64,000 bases of DNA from IMG/VR virus record IMGVR_UViG_3300042402_003577, positions 1 through 64,000 of that record. One strand, given 5' to 3'. The translations under genes were made by a program, and so were the position numbers. The DNA comes from a virus. This document shows positions 31,101 through 39,911 of this stretch, piece by piece (within the stretch, counting starts at the first letter, position 1; every line of letters begins with the position of its first letter). The notes under the pieces were generated by a model. That model did not search any database. It was not told where the DNA came from and worked only from the letters and a program-made list of their open reading frames with translations.

Positions 31101-33138
31101 GCTCTATCTTAACATAGTTTACGTTTAATCCTTGTTGAGCAAACATAGTATTTCCCCCATAAAACATAATACCATTATCATAATGTGTACCATATCCACA
31201 ATTTTTAACAAAATCTTGAATAGGGCTGGAAGTTTCTATAGTCTTATCTCTAAGATTTGAAAAATAATCCCATTTAGCTGCGGCATTAACATTATGTTTA
31301 GGGTATATAAAATCTTGTCCATTAAGATTGTTTTTGAACATTTCAACAAACCAACCTTTATCTTGTACTGATTTATTAAAAGTATCTCTTCTTACATATA
31401 CTACTCTATATCCTGTAACTTTAACTCCTCCCGTTTCTTCTAAAGTAGGCATTACTACCCCTTCTAATTTTATACCTAAAGGATAAATCTCTAAACTATC
31501 ATATTTACTATCATATCTATTTTTATTGTCCTCAATAGCAAAATCATCTGTAATATTATTATGAAAAGGCTCAATAGTTGAGTCTGGCATTTTAAATAAA
31601 GTAATATTTTTTCCTGTAACTTTTTTAGTAATAGGATCAATATCTACAGGATACATATATCCACTTTGTTGTTCTGGGTTTCCTGCACATCTAGGTATAA
31701 CAGGGTATTTTTCTTCTGACTCAAAGTATCCTAAATATCCTTCAGATCTAATATTGTTAGAATCATTATCAATCGTTCCTGAACAAAAATCTGTCACACT
31801 AAGATCTCCTGCAAATTCATTATATGCAGTTCTTTTTGCTGTATTAACCTCTTTCCAATATTTTCTATCATCTGTACAACAAAGAACAGTATCATTAGTT
31901 TGAGGGTTTTCTATATTCCAGTCGGGAAAAGGAGTATATTTTTTATTAATCAAAGGAAAGACTGGAGATTCTGACATATCTTCAAATTCCAATACAATTC
32001 CTATCATATAATTTTCATCCCTCATCCAAGATTTGTGATGAATAACATGCTCAGGGTTTTTATATCCTTTTGTTCTACTTAAATTTATTCTTCCTGTAAC
32101 GTATTTTACAGATATATCATTAGCATAAGGCTGGTAATCAACATTTTTAATTCCTCTTACTCCTGCAATTAAAAGTTTGTTATTATAAATCAAACCATGT
32201 TTTGCTGATACATAAAAAGCTCTTTTATTTAAAACTTCTGCCAAATCTACAGTTTCAGTAAAAGTAATATCTCCCCCGTAAGTAACTGTAATATTTTGTG
32301 AGACAGGTTGCAGTCTTTTAAATATAAAAGAAGTAGATACACCATTAACTGTTTTTATGAACCCTACGTTCATATAAGGATATTTAGTATCTACATTTTC
32401 AAATAATAGTACAATACTTTTATTTAAAATTTTAGAAGGATTACCATCAATATATTGAAATGTACCTGAAACACTATCTTCTATTAAAGGAATATTCTCA
32501 TTAATAATATAATAGTTAGTAGTATTGCCATCAGTATCTTCATACTGAATAAAAGGTCTGTATACTCCTGCATCTACATTATATGCAGAGTTTTCAATAA
32601 AGCTTACATCTGCTAAATTAATGCAAGTTTCAGCAGTTTTAAATAACTCTAATTCTTCTATATTTCCAGAACCAGGCCCCTCTTTAAGATACTTAGTTAC
32701 ATTAATATTTCGCACTCTGTTTTTACCATCCCAAAAAATTAATACAATATCTTCACACTCTGTTTTTGTAAAAGAAACTGATTCTAAATAGATATTAAAA
32801 TCTAACCCTGGGTCCGAATACAAGAGAGTGTAAGTATTTAAATTAGGATCATACAATCCTATTTCATTTGTATGTAAAAATACTACAACTTGATTGAGTT
32901 GTTTAATTAGATTAGAATGTAAAACTTTCCCAGGCAACTTGAGTCTAAATGCGTTAGAATATTCTGTGGTGAGAAAATTTTCATCCCCTTCAGAAGATTC
33001 TTTCACCATATTCAAAGCTGCTCTATAGGTATCTGCAGGCTGTGCTTCTGGAGAGGCATCTACATTTATACCTTTAGTAAAGGTATAATTTTTTATATCT
33101 TGAAAACTTCTTGTTTTATTACTATTTTGCTCTGCCAT
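28135..33138 (-). CDS. Tail stabilization/muzzle protein (crAss-like; P22 gp10-like role)
   Basis: 1667-aa beta-rich protein with N-terminal KGINVD..P..QP..TYR.ALN and late TLSY.......SFHSYLP motifs; lies after a ring protein and before the cargo genes. Confidence 0.8.
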   Translation of the reverse strand: MAEQNSNKTRSFQDIKNYTFTKGINVDASPEAQPADTYRAALNMVKESSEGDENFLTTEYSNAFRLKLPGKVLHSNLIKQLNQVVVFLHTNEIGLYDPNLNTYTLLYSDPGLDFNIYLESVSFTKTECEDIVLIFWDGKNRVRNINVTKYLKEGPGSGNIEELELFKTAETCINLADVSFIENSAYNVDAGVYRPFIQYEDTDGNTTNYYIINENIPLIEDSVSGTFQYIDGNPSKILNKSIVLLFENVDTKYPYMNVGFIKTVNGVSTSFIFKRLQPVSQNITVTYGGDITFTETVDLAEVLNKRAFYVSAKHGLIYNNKLLIAGVRGIKNVDYQPYANDISVKYVTGRINLSRTKGYKNPEHVIHHKSWMRDENYMIGIVLEFEDMSESPVFPLINKKYTPFPDWNIENPQTNDTVLCCTDDRKYWKEVNTAKRTAYNEFAGDLSVTDFCSGTIDNDSNNIRSEGYLGYFESEEKYPVIPRCAGNPEQQSGYMYPVDIDPITKKVTGKNITLFKMPDSTIEPFHNNITDDFAIEDNKNRYDSKYDSLEIYPLGIKLEGVVMPTLEETGGVKVTGYRVVYVRRDTFNKSVQDKGWFVEMFKNNLNGQDFIYPKHNVNAAAKWDYFSNLRDKTIETSSPIQDFVKNCGYGTHYDNGIMFYGGNTMFAQQGLNVNYVKIEQQYNTVGYYIDSINGVNTTNSNSGEPVIDPSTFKDKDGRLRSAAVQIYNFYDYGYVQNTDGSIDRTNGYKNRSLKYNFKNICIDNYSYVNDNVILNKILNSEYSLVNFYRESGVYLDYQLKSDLSFNKNLEFFNSDTSSKKCYTGAGGSSLPFDWFSVISYNIISGNKIRLNAQSPGNYILNEKYFVYSPGVFSPLLPGDEFEVTNLGPISGFPPQQFVELTKINSGTFPVSSIGSIFNFLWLQKIPNYAAEQTFTATSTTLVSYTNNYPVGTTIIVSNSTVPSVISNSNTFIVTNSTTLTRTGGPPLTVGSSDVFVTATAPFVPSGVSYFDDYLDNTTAPGILDECNIGYIYYGSIKNNLSRQYGSIEEMFFIDTGLKGCAGQSTLTGFYGDSYINTFSFVRTGVTGMLEDSYIDDNSAAWMDRGDPTYTIQSIIGRNKDSYLLNLYLAQKANVTLINTVTESDVNLDLRYEGPNFNEVYYPKLSNGKYYLFSNRKNEYAEDCFLNTYFYELICRDQNDNCTSTNYDEVEYNDAYKNFHDNKINLNNDYNELNGMRFNFFKPINKDYKTCDCDAEYDNRIAISVADNEAVGRLNYSKFLKNSFVTLPHKEGKITNLFKESQILYAHTTDNIWRLLTLESKLQADNSLVYLGTNDFLSAQQLELFASNEGYMGLQDKRFRFQNNTGYFFADLKNQTLNLMSGGKLDAISTYGMNSFFKDQWNNYFNSYGASTNTNLPIIPQSNPDLSTVEIYFGYDYRHRRVLLTDKTNGFTLSYYPEDKAFYSFHSYLPMAYIQNRDTFFTQDDNYNLYIHEDNFNSYRKFYGVNYPSLVDGVFTYHPLLYTTLNNVGMKIDAYKNVNGQLLITNEVPTSLQVWTSRQHSGEIFLKTPIDKDYMKNVVLSNEPHSIINGIVYCNNLANYVLDDTINFVDGDIFPVPNANVSFAKDWTQVDRLENNFFNYRVNIDNKDLENLKFILKFTVLNYNISMR

Positions 33139-33149
33139 AGCTTAACTTA

Positions 33150-34100
33150 TTAATATCTTGTAAAACCGTTATTTATTTTTTGTGATTTTCTCTGGTCTAA
33201 GCCATGATATTGATTAGGCACCAAAAATTGATTTGTAGCTTCACCCATAGCCCACATTTCTTCAAATGTTTGAGCATTCATGTCTTCTCTCGCTTTAATT
33301 TTCCATTTTGAATATTCTCTATCAGCTAGTTGGAAAAAGTTTAAATCAGCACCACTTCTGCTCTTTCTATATTGTATATAAGCAAACTTTCTTTCTAGTG
33401 CTGCAATTAAAGCATTTGTATAACTTCCCATATTTGGAACTAACGGAAGACCATCTTCTCCAATTGGTATTCCCAAATACCCAATTAATAAATCCGCTTC
33501 TTTAAAGTCTGTTATAATATATCCATTATCTATGGTAAAAAAATGTGAAGGGTGTAAATGAATCCCCAATTCTCTATAATTTAAAAGCGATACTTCATTT
33601 TTTTGAGGTTGTAATACTATCCATCTTCTTGGGTCCGTAGTGTACCATTGCGTAAAATCTTGTACTGTTGCAAACTTGAAACCTTTTGCTTGCTCTAGAT
33701 TATTGATAAATAAATATCCTGCAGTTTCTATATAGTTTTGTTCACAATTACAATGTTTATCTTCAGGGCATTTACAAACTCTTTTATACTCCCATGTACA
33801 GTTTTCATTACCTGGCTCTTGTCTAATGTACTCTGTCAAGAAAAAAGCTTCTTCTTGAGGTCGTATAGGTTGTGCCAATACATATAAAGACTGTCTAAAT
33901 CCGCAAGGAAGCTGTGCTTTGTAATTTCTTATTTTAAGCTTCTGTACTCGTTCTTTATATTGCTTATAAGTCCCAATATCGTTATAAGCATCTAAGATCC
34001 ACTCAGTGAGTAGATCTTCGTTAAAGTTTAATTCTGATACTGCAATTTGTTTCCAGTTTTCAATTACAGTGCTTATAGGTACTAATTCTATATTAATCAT
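33150..34100 (-). CDS. Tail ring/tubular protein (crAss-like)
   Basis: IRNYKAQLPC, YIITDF..A.L.IGY.GIP..EDGLPLVP; immediately upstream of the muzzle gene. Confidence 0.7.
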   Translation of the reverse strand: MINIELVPISTVIENWKQIAVSELNFNEDLLTEWILDAYNDIGTYKQYKERVQKLKIRNYKAQLPCGFRQSLYVLAQPIRPQEEAFFLTEYIRQEPGNENCTWEYKRVCKCPEDKHCNCEQNYIETAGYLFINNLEQAKGFKFATVQDFTQWYTTDPRRWIVLQPQKNEVSLLNYRELGIHLHPSHFFTIDNGYIITDFKEADLLIGYLGIPIGEDGLPLVPNMGSYTNALIAALERKFAYIQYRKSRSGADLNFFQLADREYSKWKIKAREDMNAQTFEEMWAMGEATNQFLVPNQYHGLDQRKSQKINNGFTRY

Positions 34101-34476
34101 CGTTTATTATTTTTTTAGCTAATTCTCTATTTAAAAATCTATATGGTTTAAAGCTATAATACTTTGTTCTTATGCTTTTTCCCCAAGATATTTTATATCT
34201 AACTCTATTTGAATGAAAATTTGTATAGTAGATAGTTTTACCTAATTTTTTTGTCATTCCAAAATCTACTAATTTCTTATCAGATTTATAAGCAGTTAAA
34301 TAAAATATCCCCAATCCAGAAAGACTCACTCTGTTTCTATAGATGAGTCTTTGTCCAGCAACTTTAAATATTTCTTCTACAACTCTTTTATATGTTTGCT
34401 TATCCTCAAATTTGCTATCCTTTGCCGCTTGAGTTAGAGAATAAAAAGGTTTTGGTTTATTACTTACCCTTCGCAT
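34093..34476 (-). CDS. IHF/HU-like basic protein (crAss-type)
   Basis: Basic 127-aa protein with VSLSGLGIF, VDFGMTKKLGK.IYYTN.HS and YSFKP.R; position between ring genes matches crAss-like genomes. Confidence 0.65.
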   Translation of the reverse strand: MRRVSNKPKPFYSLTQAAKDSKFEDKQTYKRVVEEIFKVAGQRLIYRNRVSLSGLGIFYLTAYKSDKKLVDFGMTKKLGKTIYYTNFHSNRVRYKISWGKSIRTKYYSFKPYRFLNRELAKKIINDD

Positions 34477-35131
34477 TATTTAAAGTATCGTCAGTTGTAC
34501 TATCATTTGTAACATCCTTCTTAAAGTAAGGATATACTTTCATTATCATTTCATTCATAATAGAATACATAGTTGTAACTAGTCTGCTATCTAAAGGAAA
34601 CTCTGTGTCTAATAAATCACAAACTGGGCCACATGTAGCTTTAATTACTTCGTCATCATAAAATAATCCTTCAATTTTTATCCATTTAGGACTATTTAAA
34701 TCTGGTACAAATAAATAGTTGTTTTTAATCAAATATTTAAAATCACTTTCTTCAATAAAAGAATATCTTTTAAATGAGTTAGAAGACTCCGATAGTATTC
34801 TATTGTAAGTATCTCCCCTATCATTATACACTTTGTTAATCATGTTATTGATAGTTTCAGGTATAGGGTTTTTTGATTTCAACCACTTGCATCCTGAAGG
34901 AAGCTTTTCACAACATTCGTTAGTATCTGCTAATTGAAGCTCAACACATTCTAAAGTTTGTAAAGCTAAATTATAATTAAACCTAGGGTCATTTAATCTA
35001 TCATATATTAATCTAGCTCTAGCTAATTTCATTAAATGATAGATATATTTTGTAGGAAAATCTGTGTCATCTGTAGGAAGACCATGATCTATAGGCACCC
35101 TATACCCACTTATAATTTCTCTTATTGTCAT
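34460..35131 (-). CDS. Tail ring protein (crAss-like structural protein)
   Basis: QTLECVEL, KSKNPIP, IKNNYLFV, IEGLF.D, EFPLD; gene order. Confidence 0.65.
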   Translation of the reverse strand: MTIREIISGYRVPIDHGLPTDDTDFPTKYIYHLMKLARARLIYDRLNDPRFNYNLALQTLECVELQLADTNECCEKLPSGCKWLKSKNPIPETINNMINKVYNDRGDTYNRILSESSNSFKRYSFIEESDFKYLIKNNYLFVPDLNSPKWIKIEGLFYDDEVIKATCGPVCDLLDTEFPLDSRLVTTMYSIMNEMIMKVYPYFKKDVTNDSTTDDTLNNAKGK

Positions 35132-35143
35132 AATGTTTTATTT

Positions 35144-35338
35144 TTAATTATACTGTGCTTCTAGCCAATTTGTATAACTTGTTAAAAAAATTTGATAAGG
35201 CATATTTCTAAATTTGCATAAAGGGTGAGAAATAAAATACCTATAAATTTCTACTAAACTTATAGTGTTTTCTCCCATATCAACATTGACTTGGTTATTA
35301 TTTATATTTCCTCCTGTAGAATAAAAAAAAGTTCTCAT
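35144..35338 (-). CDS. Small hypothetical protein
   Basis: 64-aa ORF tightly spaced within the operon. Confidence 0.5.
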   Translation of the reverse strand: MRTFFYSTGGNINNNQVNVDMGENTISLVEIYRYFISHPLCKFRNMPYQIFLTSYTNWLEAQYN

Positions 35339-35342
35339 ACTA

Positions 35343-36560
35343 CTATATAAATATGTGAGTTAACCTTGCCACTTGTCCAAACTCTTTATGGTGAATAAAT
35401 CCTTCTATCGCCTTTGGTACTCCTGTATACCCATTTCTATGATGCCAGCTATCTGAAGCACTAGGACTTCTTAAACTTTCAATTGTTACTCCTATATGGT
35501 CCTTAGAGGTCTTGTGGTGTACATGGTGAGTATAAATATATCTATGCTTGCATTCACTCCATTCTTTTGATTCGTGGGCCATTAACAAAGGCAAATCATT
35601 TTGTTTTGCTCCATCCCCATGAGTTGTACCTATTAGGTTATTATGATACTTATAATACTTTCTATGTGCAATAGAGCAATCAAAAGTAATATTATCACAG
35701 TTTCTAAACCAAGTCTTAATCACATCTGCTAAGAAAAAGCCGTTAGTATAGTCATGGTTCGATGGGTTGAATGTAAAATGAACATCTGCCACTGGTATTA
35801 GCATCATTAACACATCTACATATAGCTGCTTTGCTACCAAGAAATTAGAATACCACATACCATCAGTGTCTTGTGGAGTACCGCTTGTTGTAGTTCTCCT
35901 TGGATTATCAGTGTGCAAAATATCATTTCCTGCTACAAAAATAATTTGGTCAATATTAAACCCTGATGTTTTATCCAAAATACCTTGTACCCCTTTTAAA
36001 ACTCTTTCTACCGCAATATTTACATTATATTCATCCCCTGTTTCAAAAGCCATAGCTAATTTACCGATATGAATATCCGCAGGATCTATTATCAATAGAT
36101 GGCCCTCACTACTAGGGGTTCTTTTTATTACAGGAAAAGAAGGAGAAAAACTTTGTAAATCTTCTATTAGTTCATTATAGAATCCATCTTCTTCTTTTTT
36201 CTTGTATAAAGGATTAGTAAAGAACATTGAAGCATCTTGTGTTTTTAACCACCCATGCTTTACATCTTCTACAGGCAATCCTAGTTTTTTACTTTCTTGG
36301 TAGATAGCATTTAATTCTTTAACTGTATCCACCATCTCTGTAGGAACCCATACATTAGTCCCTTCATTTATTTTTTCTTTTACAAAGGAATTTTTTCCTG
36401 ATTGTTTCAGTAAGAAATTTAATTCTTCTGGACATAGGTTAAACCCTTCTCTGTTTAGTCTTTTAAGTAAAGTTTTTTTACTCGGTCTTCCAAATTGTAG
36501 ATAATTTTGATTGTTTTCTCTCCAATTTAAAAATTTATTTATTGTTTTTTGTGCTATCAT
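35343..36560 (-). CDS. Calcineurin-like metallophosphoesterase with an N-terminal extension
   Basis: Motifs DIHIG, GNDILH, SNHD, THGD, HHVHH. Confidence 0.85.
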   Translation of the reverse strand: MIAQKTINKFLNWRENNQNYLQFGRPSKKTLLKRLNREGFNLCPEELNFLLKQSGKNSFVKEKINEGTNVWVPTEMVDTVKELNAIYQESKKLGLPVEDVKHGWLKTQDASMFFTNPLYKKKEEDGFYNELIEDLQSFSPSFPVIKRTPSSEGHLLIIDPADIHIGKLAMAFETGDEYNVNIAVERVLKGVQGILDKTSGFNIDQIIFVAGNDILHTDNPRRTTTSGTPQDTDGMWYSNFLVAKQLYVDVLMMLIPVADVHFTFNPSNHDYTNGFFLADVIKTWFRNCDNITFDCSIAHRKYYKYHNNLIGTTHGDGAKQNDLPLLMAHESKEWSECKHRYIYTHHVHHKTSKDHIGVTIESLRSPSASDSWHHRNGYTGVPKAIEGFIHHKEFGQVARLTHIFI

Positions 36561-36576
36561 TATTATAATTTTTATG

Positions 36577-36625
36577 CAAAAGTAATACTTTTTTTATTTA
36601 TCGCACATATTTTTTTACAAAAGTA
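36577..36625 (-). promoter_or_regulatory. Two tandem -7 promoter boxes upstream of the phosphoesterase
   Basis: TACTTTTG on the minus strand at 36577-36584 and 36618-36625. Confidence 0.55.
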
Positions 36626-36655
36626 AAAAAAAATTATGATTTTATTAGTTTTTAT

Positions 36656-36697
36656 AAAAAAAATACCCCTTGCTTAAAGGGAATCAGCAAGGGGTAT
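36656..36697 (-). terminator. Rho-independent terminator
   Basis: Minus strand ATACCCCTTGCT-loop-AGCAAGGGGTAT followed by a T run. Confidence 0.8.
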
Positions 36698-36730
36698 CCG
36701 ATAGAATTGCTCTATCTTTATATTTATCTC
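36656..36730 (-). ncRNA. Candidate ~70-nt small RNA
   Basis: TATCTTTG box at 36734-36741 followed by a GATAGA/TCTATC hairpin and then the terminator; no ORF. Confidence 0.4.
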
Positions 36731-36909
36731 ACGCAAAGATACTACTTTTTTTTTAATTAGAAGAAAAAAAATGTATTTTTTGTGATTTTTTAACATAATT
36801 ATGGCATATTACTAGAACATAAGTTATAGTATATATATTTAGAAAATAAAAGGTTCTCCCGAGAAAAAATCTAGGCAATTTGAATACTTTGCAATAAACG
36901 CATCTATCT

Positions 36910-37170
36910 TGTTTCTATTGGTAAGTTCGTTCATAAAACTCCATATACATTTCTGTACTTAGGAATATTTACTATCGTGTATTTTATAGGAAATTGGGAA
37001 GCCCAATTCTTACGTCTTTTGATCCTATTTTTTCCTCTCCTTCCCTAAAGGTATCTAAATTGTTAATCCTCGGAGGTCCTTACTTATTTAAAACTATCTA
37101 GTGAAATCTTATGAACCAGGGTTTCCCCTCAAACGTCAGGCACCAGAAATTTGTCTCAGTGAGATAAATA
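36910..37170 (-). ncRNA. Candidate ~260-nt structured non-coding RNA
   Basis: Own promoter, a 15-bp long-range helix (37102-37116 with 36929-36943) containing G-U pairs, and two GAAA-tetraloop hairpins. Confidence 0.5.
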
Positions 37171-37175
37171 TTCTG

Positions 37176-37205
37176 CAAATATACCTCTTTTATTTTATTT
37201 GTCAA
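37176..37205 (-). promoter_or_regulatory. Canonical Bacteroidota housekeeping-sigma promoter
   Basis: TTG at 37203-37205 and TATATTTG at 37176-37183, with no long ORF downstream. Confidence 0.65.
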
Positions 37206-37210
37206 TAGTT

Positions 37211-37672
37211 TTATTTTATTTTTATTCCAAAAGCAATACCAACACCAGGCTGTATACCTTGTGGGGTAAAGGATAGAGTTGGACCAGCTATTAAAGAAAA
37301 TTTATTTCTTGCCTGCAAATATTGTATATGTTTCACTCTAACTGTATCCCTTACAAGCATTGTTTTGATTAAAGTATCTGATTTAACTATTACTTTATCA
37401 CAGTTTGTAAGGGATGTTTTTAGGGCTACTACTAAGCTGTCACAAACAGAATCTTTACCTGCAACATATCTTTCATCTATCTTATATACAATCTCTTTGG
37501 ATTTAATGTAATGATCTTTCACCACCTCTCTTTCCACTATCAATGTGTCAACTTTTCTAGACAAACTGTCTTCTAGTCTTTGTATAATAGCTTCATCTTT
37601 GGCAATAGTGTCTTTTGAAATCCACATATATACTCCTAGTAAAACAATAAGAATTATAAATAAATATTTCAT
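37211..37672 (-). CDS. Spanin-like lysis protein
   Basis: N-terminal TM helix, coiled coil and C-terminal amphipathic beta-hairpin; last gene of the lysis cassette. Confidence 0.55.
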   Translation of the reverse strand: MKYLFIILIVLLGVYMWISKDTIAKDEAIIQRLEDSLSRKVDTLIVEREVVKDHYIKSKEIVYKIDERYVAGKDSVCDSLVVALKTSLTNCDKVIVKSDTLIKTMLVRDTVRVKHIQYLQARNKFSLIAGPTLSFTPQGIQPGVGIAFGIKIK

Positions 37673-37932
37673 TATTCTGCTTCGTTTTCTTCGTTTTTAT
37701 TAGATTTTATAATGCTTGTAATTTTTTCTGTAGCGGCAATACCAAATGAACCTAACACTAGTACTTCAAAAGCATTGAATATAAATTCATTTACAACAAG
37801 CTCTTTTCCTAAATATCCTGTAACAATATCTACAATTGCGAATAAAGACATCATAATAAATGCCAGGAATCCAATAACAGATTTCTCATTAATTGAATTA
37901 TCATCGCTAAACATTTCTCTAAAAAATTTCAT
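37672..37932 (-). CDS. Putative holin (2 TM helices)
   Basis: 86 aa with two hydrophobic helices and a charged C-terminus; adjacent to the endolysin. Confidence 0.6.
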   Translation of the reverse strand: MKFFREMFSDDNSINEKSVIGFLAFIMMSLFAIVDIVTGYLGKELVVNEFIFNAFEVLVLGSFGIAATEKITSIIKSNKNEENEAE

Positions 37933-37964
37933 AGTTTTATTTTTTAAGTTTTTGTAGTTTTAAT

Positions 37965-38432
37965 TTATTTATAAGGAACATAACTTGTTTTACCGTTAAC
38001 TTTTACGGCTTTAAGTATTTGGTTTCTTTGTTTACCAGTTGATTCATAAGAAACATGAACCCAATCAGGATTTTTATCTGTACCAAATTCCCAAATCATT
38101 TGGTCAAAATTCAAGTTATCTTTAATGTAATGGAATACTTGAGCATTAGTAACTCCACTTGAGCTACCATCCATATCAATATCAATTGCTTCACCTTGAC
38201 AATGTTGTGAGGTTAAACTACCGCCAATAGCTTGGTTTAGAGCTTTGCTTCTATATCCACTAGATATAAAAATAGGAACATTAAAATGCTCTCTAATAGG
38301 CTCGAATATTTTTTCAGCCAATAATTTAAAGTTTTCAATATGCTCAGGAGTAGGCATGTTGCTAACTCCTTTTCTTTTTGCAGTTTCTGATCTTGTAACT
38401 TCCGCTAGATCTAAATGTTTTGATAATTTCAT
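37965..38432 (-). CDS. Endolysin, peptidase M15A family
   Basis: ISSGYRS..LN..IGG..TSQH..GEAID and WVHVS motifs. Confidence 0.9.
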   Translation of the reverse strand: MKLSKHLDLAEVTRSETAKRKGVSNMPTPEHIENFKLLAEKIFEPIREHFNVPIFISSGYRSKALNQAIGGSLTSQHCQGEAIDIDMDGSSSGVTNAQVFHYIKDNLNFDQMIWEFGTDKNPDWVHVSYESTGKQRNQILKAVKVNGKTSYVPYK

Positions 38433-38452
38433 GGTTTTATATTTTAAGGGTT

Positions 38453-39361
38453 TTAATTTATTTGATTAATTGTTAATATTGCTGAATAAGAACTAGGTGT
38501 AGGGTTAACTGCTTCGTAAGATTTCATACTTATAGTTTCAGAATTTGTTGTGGCCCATACAAGTTGAAAATAATCATTTGCAATAGCTTCTACAAAATAG
38601 TTAAATGATACTGTATTACGACCATTTATCTCATCATATCTAATTGGTATTGTTATATAACGAGCAGTTCCTGCTATATCAGCAATAGAATCTTCTCCAT
38701 TTTTTCTTAACCAAATAGACACATCGTTAAATTGTGTACTTATATTTTCAAATTGACAACTAAACTGTATATTATATTTTCCAGAATTTAAAAACCTAAT
38801 AAGAGTTTTATTTCCTAATAAATCAAGTTCTATATTAATCCCCTGTTCTGAAATATCTGCCGTATTAAATTTAATTCCATATCCTTCAGTATTAGTAGCC
38901 GCAAATTGACTTTCTTCATTTTTCCAAGAACCATAAGACTTTGAAATTGCACCTGTAATATAATTATACACCGCACTTGTGCTTGGATAGCTTACATCAC
39001 TTATTTCTTCGGGAATTATTACAGTAACTTTATTTGCTACATTCTCTGGTGTATATCCTAGTGCGTAAGTAACATCCCCACTTTCTAGATATACATCTCC
39101 CTGTCTTTCATTAAAAGAATTTACTCCAACTTCTGGGACTTTATTAATCCAAGTTTGAGTAACACTGTCATAAGACATTACATCTCCTTCTTCTAAATTA
39201 TCAAAAGAAATTCCTTCTACATCATTTAAATTAGGAGTGGATAAATTATAAAATCTATTATTTTGAAAATCCCATCCATAAAATTTACCTTCTGGGTTTA
39301 GATAATAAATAGTATCATTAAACCCTTGATTAGGTAAAAAATTTAAATAAGTAATTGTCAT
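38453..39361 (-). CDS. Tail fibre/spike-like structural protein
   Basis: LNDV...GDVMSYD....WIN and VNSFN.R.GDV.L fibre repeats; C-terminal jelly-roll-like GKYNIQFS.Q...IWLRKNG. Confidence 0.6.
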   Translation of the reverse strand: MTITYLNFLPNQGFNDTIYYLNPEGKFYGWDFQNNRFYNLSTPNLNDVEGISFDNLEEGDVMSYDSVTQTWINKVPEVGVNSFNERQGDVYLESGDVTYALGYTPENVANKVTVIIPEEISDVSYPSTSAVYNYITGAISKSYGSWKNEESQFAATNTEGYGIKFNTADISEQGINIELDLLGNKTLIRFLNSGKYNIQFSCQFENISTQFNDVSIWLRKNGEDSIADIAGTARYITIPIRYDEINGRNTVSFNYFVEAIANDYFQLVWATTNSETISMKSYEAVNPTPSSYSAILTINQIN

Positions 39362-39364
39362 TAA

Positions 39365-39796
39365 TTATTTATTTTTTGTAGTTTTCTTTATTTCTTGAGT
39401 TCTTATTAAAACTTCTTTTAAGTTTGTCCAAATGGAGAAACCAAAGATAGCTTTTATATTTTCATCAATACTTTTTGCCTCAACAAAGCACAAAGACAAT
39501 GTTATGAATTTAGTTAGTAAATAATCATTCTGATAGTGTGCCTTAGTGAACTCATTTATCAAATTGTAATCTATTGTAAAGAATGTTATTACTGTTAATT
39601 GATATAGTAAAAACTTGCTTATAATAACACTTGCTTTTCTAGACGTGACAGACTCCCATCCTTCTTGTTTAATTGCTTTTGTAATGCCCAATATAGTATC
39701 TAGAGCAATCATAGCTCCTACAGCTAATAATAAACCCGCTATCGGAGAAAAAAACGTAATTATGGACATTATGAATGCATTAAAATACTTTCCCAT
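39365..39796 (-). CDS. Phage holin (holin_4-like family)
   Basis: TM helices with IALDTILG, S.K....ISK and EAKSIDEN motifs. Confidence 0.75.
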   Translation of the reverse strand: MGKYFNAFIMSIITFFSPIAGLLLAVGAMIALDTILGITKAIKQEGWESVTSRKASVIISKFLLYQLTVITFFTIDYNLINEFTKAHYQNDYLLTKFITLSLCFVEAKSIDENIKAIFGFSIWTNLKEVLIRTQEIKKTTKNK

Positions 39797-39909
39797 TATT
39801 TCTTAGTTATAAGATTAAATACTTTTAACGCTGCAGCATCATTATCCTTTAAATAAGCATACTTTGCTTTTAAGAACTCTAACAAACTTTCTTCTGTAAA
39901 TTTACTCAT
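39796..39909 (-). CDS. Small 37-aa protein missed by the ORF track
   Basis: MSKFTEESLLEFLKAKYAYLKDNDAAALKVFNLITKK*. It fills the gap exactly, and its TAA overlaps the holin ATG (TAATG). Confidence 0.6.
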   Translation of the reverse strand: MSKFTEESLLEFLKAKYAYLKDNDAAALKVFNLITKK

Positions 39910-39911
39910 AA

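Noticed and set aside
36839-36934. 31-aa minus-strand ORF MNELTNRNKIDAFIAKYSNCLDFFSGEPFIF in the non-coding island
   Set aside because: It is short, has no recognisable motif, and its ATG lies within the predicted 15-bp helix. It cannot be supported as a gene, although a structure-gated peptide is not excluded.
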